Of a stretch of DNA of 64,000 nucleotides, positions 59,841 to 64,000 are shown piece after piece (within the stretch, counting starts at the first letter, position 1; each line of letters starts with the position of its first letter). The stretch is from the human T2T-CHM13v2.0 reference genome, Homo sapiens, in assembly GCF_009914755.1 (NCBI RefSeq), contig NC_060929.1; one strand, written 5' to 3'. The position numbers and the translations under genes are program-made. Under the pieces are notes generated by a model. It had not been told where the DNA came from. It did not search any database and saw nothing but the letters and a program-made list of their open reading frames with translations.

Positions 59841-60360
59841 TGATGGGGATCAAAATATTTTACCACAAAATATATTTCATATTTTGAGGTGGCTGTCAGA
59901 AGGCCGGGAAACAGAAATGGCCCTGCAAAGCTGTCTTTTTTGAGGAAAACATGCATCCATAAAGAATCTGCATTAATGCAGCCAGGCCTTCTCTTGTCTG
60001 GATCTAGGAAAGATTAACTCAGAGTCTGATACCTCTAAAAGTCTGAAAAGAAACATTTACCATTTTTTCTCTGAGGGCTGCTTCCTGTGAGGTTTCATCA
60101 ACATAACAAGACCACCTTGGCTAGTCAAACCTCTTCTCTCCCTCCTATAACTTAATGTACCATCATAACCCATTCTTGGCCATTCTCTGAGCTGTCATTC
60201 TTTCTGTAACTACAAGATAGTATATAAGCTCTTATTGGGAGGGGTAGGGGTTCTGAAGGCTCTTGTATATACACAAAAATAAATTCATGTGTCTTTTCTC
60301 CCACTTATCTGCCTCATGTCAGTAATTATTTTCAGCAAACCTTCAGAGGGCCAACGAAAA
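59841..60360 (+). mobile_element. MER34-family ERV1 solo LTR
   Basis: tgatggggatcaaaatattttaccacaaaatat...cagcaaaccttcagaggg; 4-bp TSD ctca/ctca inside the L2. Confidence 0.75.
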
Positions 60361-60473
60361 CTCAGTATGTCCAAAATTTAATTCAGAGTCTTTTCCTTAC
60401 ACTGGCTTCTCTTCCTACCTTACAGGATAACCATTTACCTAATTGCCCTGTTTCTTGCCCTAGTATCTTAAAT

Positions 60474-60668
60474 CAAGTATCAGCAAACTATGACATGGCT
60501 TGCTTTTCTATGGCCTGATAGTTTTTACATATCTAATGAGTTGTAAAAATAAAAATCAAACAAAAAAGAATATGCTACAGAGGCCATATGTGTCCACAAA
60601 TCCTAAAATATTTACTATCTGGCCTTTTGGTTATTTCAGTCATAATAGAAAATGTTCGCTGACCCCTG
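60474..60668 (+). mobile_element. MER58 (hAT-Charlie) DNA transposon
   Basis: Degenerate TIRs caagtatcagcaaact / tgttcgctgacccctg; internal cctaaaatatttactatctggcc; 8-bp TSD tcttaaat/ttttaaat. Confidence 0.8.
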
Positions 60669-60833
60669 TTTTAAATGGTCACCAAGTTCTTGGATACTTT
60701 TTCTCCGTAAGATCTTAAATGGTCACCAAATGCTCTCAAAGATGACATTTACCTCCGTCTGCAACCAGTGTCGCAGATTTGGACATTATTTCTTGCTGAA
60801 AAACCTCCCATCTGACTTCCAAGACTCACATCT

Positions 60834-61610
60834 TGTGGTATAATTATATACATGTGCGCGTGTACGCACACAGCACACACACACGCACATATACACACAT
60901 TTGGTTTTAACTCCTTTCCCCCTTCCTGGAACATAGCTCCAAAAACTCTTGGAATTTCCTGAGTGATTGAAATGTCTCTTGTTATTCACAGGTGATTTTA
61001 TATTTATGAGGTTACTCTGGAGGGCCCCTAGAGAGCTTCAGGATGGGAGCTAGTCTAAAAAAACCAACCATTTGATTACTGCATTAACTTTCAGCTCCAC
61101 TCCCTCTAACTCTAACCTCCAGAGACAGGAAAGGGACTTGGGATTGAGACCAATCACCTATGGCCAATGATTTAATCAATCGTGTCTACATAATGGATCC
61201 CAATAAAAATTCTTAAACAAGGAGGTTCAGGAAGTTTCCAAATTGGTGAACACATCCATGTCTTGAGAGGATGGCACACCCAGACAGGAAGTTCTGTGCC
61301 ATAAACCTCTTCCTTACTTTATCTTATGCATCTCTCTCATTTGGCTGTTCCTACATTGTATCCTTTCTAATAAAACTGTATGTATACTGCTTCCCTGAGT
61401 TCCGTGCATCATTCTAATGAATTATTGAACTGTGGCAACCCCCAAATTTGTTGTCTTGTGGCAGAAGTGTGGGTCATCTGGGAAACCCACCTGCAGCTGG
61501 CACGTGAAGTGAGGGCAGTCTTATGGGTCTGAGCTCTGAACTTGTGGGGTCCTGGTAGTGTCAGAATTGAATTTGAATTGAATTGTAGGACACCCAGTTG
61601 ATGTCTGTCT
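60834..61610 (+). mobile_element. MER21-family LTR
   Basis: ctcttggaatttcctgagtga, gcttcaggatgggagct, gtgtcagaattgaattt...ggacacccagttg. Confidence 0.8.
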
Positions 61611-63080
61611 TGCATATGGACTCTACGCTTCTCATTTTATACATTTAATCTGATCATTTCACTACTCTGCTTAAATAAATAAACACAGGATTTTCCACAA
61701 TGCATAGAAAAACTCATCTTGTTTTATATACATATAGTTCCTCATATTTAACTTAATTCCTATTCCAATTAAATAATTATATTTTTCTACTATAGCCCTT
61801 CTTGACTGACATCTTGAAATAGCCTTCTAGTCATAACTTCCTCTACACTAATAATGTTCTCAGTAGAAAATCATATTTATGAAAGGCATTTATTTCACCA
61901 ATGTAGATAATACTATTTAAAGGCTATATATAACTATAATAACGTAACTTGAGTATTATTAAACAGAAAAAAGTCACCTACGAATGTGGCTTAAACAATT
62001 TTTAAATGGCTTTTAAACTATGTAAGCCATTTTTAAAAAATTGTGAAAGGTAGGAAGCTATCAATTAAAATTTAAATGTGATACCTTAAAATGCTTTTTA
62101 GTTTTCATCTACAAAAAAAGGATGTTAGATAAAAACAATTTTTAAGGACTCTCTAGTTTTAAAATTCTATGATTTAATCATGTGATCTACTTCTTTAATA
62201 TTTAATCTTCTGTCATACAGCCTTTGTAGTATACTTTTTAATTCTATAGTTCAATAGAAGTATAATTTGTCAGTGGTTAAGACAAATTCATATGAAATAA
62301 CTTGAAAATCTATTTTAAAAACAATCAATAAAAGTAAATTTTGGATTTCTTCAAATTAAATCTAAAAATCCATCACTATACTGGCTTTTTATTTTATTTG
62401 CTGCTTTACTTATCTCAACAGTGAATCTATCATATCAACATAGTCATCATGATCCAAGCTGCAAATAATAGAGAGTGTCAGTGTCAATTTTGCTTTCTCA
62501 CACTTGCTTCCCTTCACTTCATCTGATTTTAATAATCCCTGTCAAACCACAAACAGTTCAAATTATCTTCATGACACAGAAGCTTTCAAGGAGCAGACAG
62601 AATCTCAACTTTCATTTAGCAACTACAAAAGAAAGCTGTCCAGCTGGACAAATATTATTTCCACACTTGACAATCTCTACAGTTAAGCATGCATTTTAAT
62701 TTTAACTAAACCTGCCAGGAGTTTGATATGAGCTCCTTGTTGCGTGCAGATTGACTCACAGGATTATCAGACCAATGACTGTAATTGAGAGGAAAGAACC
62801 TAGCATTTATTTACTAACAGATGAATCACATACCAAAGCTGAGGGATCAAAATGAACATGTAAGAGATAGTATGTAGGTATAGACTGCAGGGGAGAAACT
62901 ACTTAAATTAAGTGCTTTAACTATTAAATAAATTTTAAATATCTAGAACACATTCTTGACGTAATTCTGAAAAGTAACAGCTAATAAGTCAAATCATAAA
63001 ACAGTTAAAATTTTACCCGTAGACACTATTGAGAAACAGGTTCTAAGATGAAATCTAAAGAGATTTTAAAAGGTGTTTTG

Positions 63081-63440
<360 letters not shown>

Positions 63441-63676
63441 CTATATGTCAATTATAGTGAAACTGATGTTCTTGACAGGTTATCAAAGTCCACTCAATAT
63501 AGATCAATATGCCCTTGTACACACAATATAAAACTAAAAAAAAGTTCACAGTAAAAATAAATAATAAGTTGTAGAGAAATATTAGAATAAAAGTTACAGT
63601 GTAAAACTATAACAATGACAATTGTATCTTTGAAGTTTAATTTATTAAAGTTAAATCTAAAACTTTCCAACTGTAA

Positions 63677-64000
<324 letters not shown>

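Larger units (their letters stand above)
56700..60470 (+). mobile_element. L2 fragmented by later insertions (pieces at about 56700-57080, 58610-58675, 59711-59840, 60361-60470)
   Basis: Colinear L2 sense motifs ctcctcaaccca, ttccttgaaa, catctctatgatga and aaactca|gtatgtccaaaa. Confidence 0.65.

Overview
This is human (primate) genomic DNA, AT-rich and dense in repeats. The whole window lies inside a minus-strand gene that I recognise as KIAA0825 (C5orf36, 5q15; linked to recessive postaxial polydactyly). Three coding exons splice in frame: 37156-37026 (ATG exon), 24127-23959 and 20946-20277. Read-through of the last donor reaches a TAG at 20272 and gives a 324-aa short isoform. The rest is intron: about 27 Alu elements (one a near-pristine AluYd8), MIR, L2 and L1M relics, an MLT1A0 LTR, a MER41A provirus with a damaged 3' LTR, two tandem old L1s that both lack their RT region, a HERV-W LTR17 solo LTR, and a cluster of ERV1, MER21 and MER58 elements nested in an L2. 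Almost all other ORFs in the track are repeat-derived or spurious. I cannot support a new multi-gene system here. The best leads are a promoter-like motif cluster in non-repeat intron (about 30.7-30.95 kb), the intronic-polyadenylation switch, the young AluYd8, templated-duplication scars in MER41, and the paired RT-less L1s. Repeat subfamily names come from my recall of consensus sequences, not from a search, and repeat boundaries are approximate.
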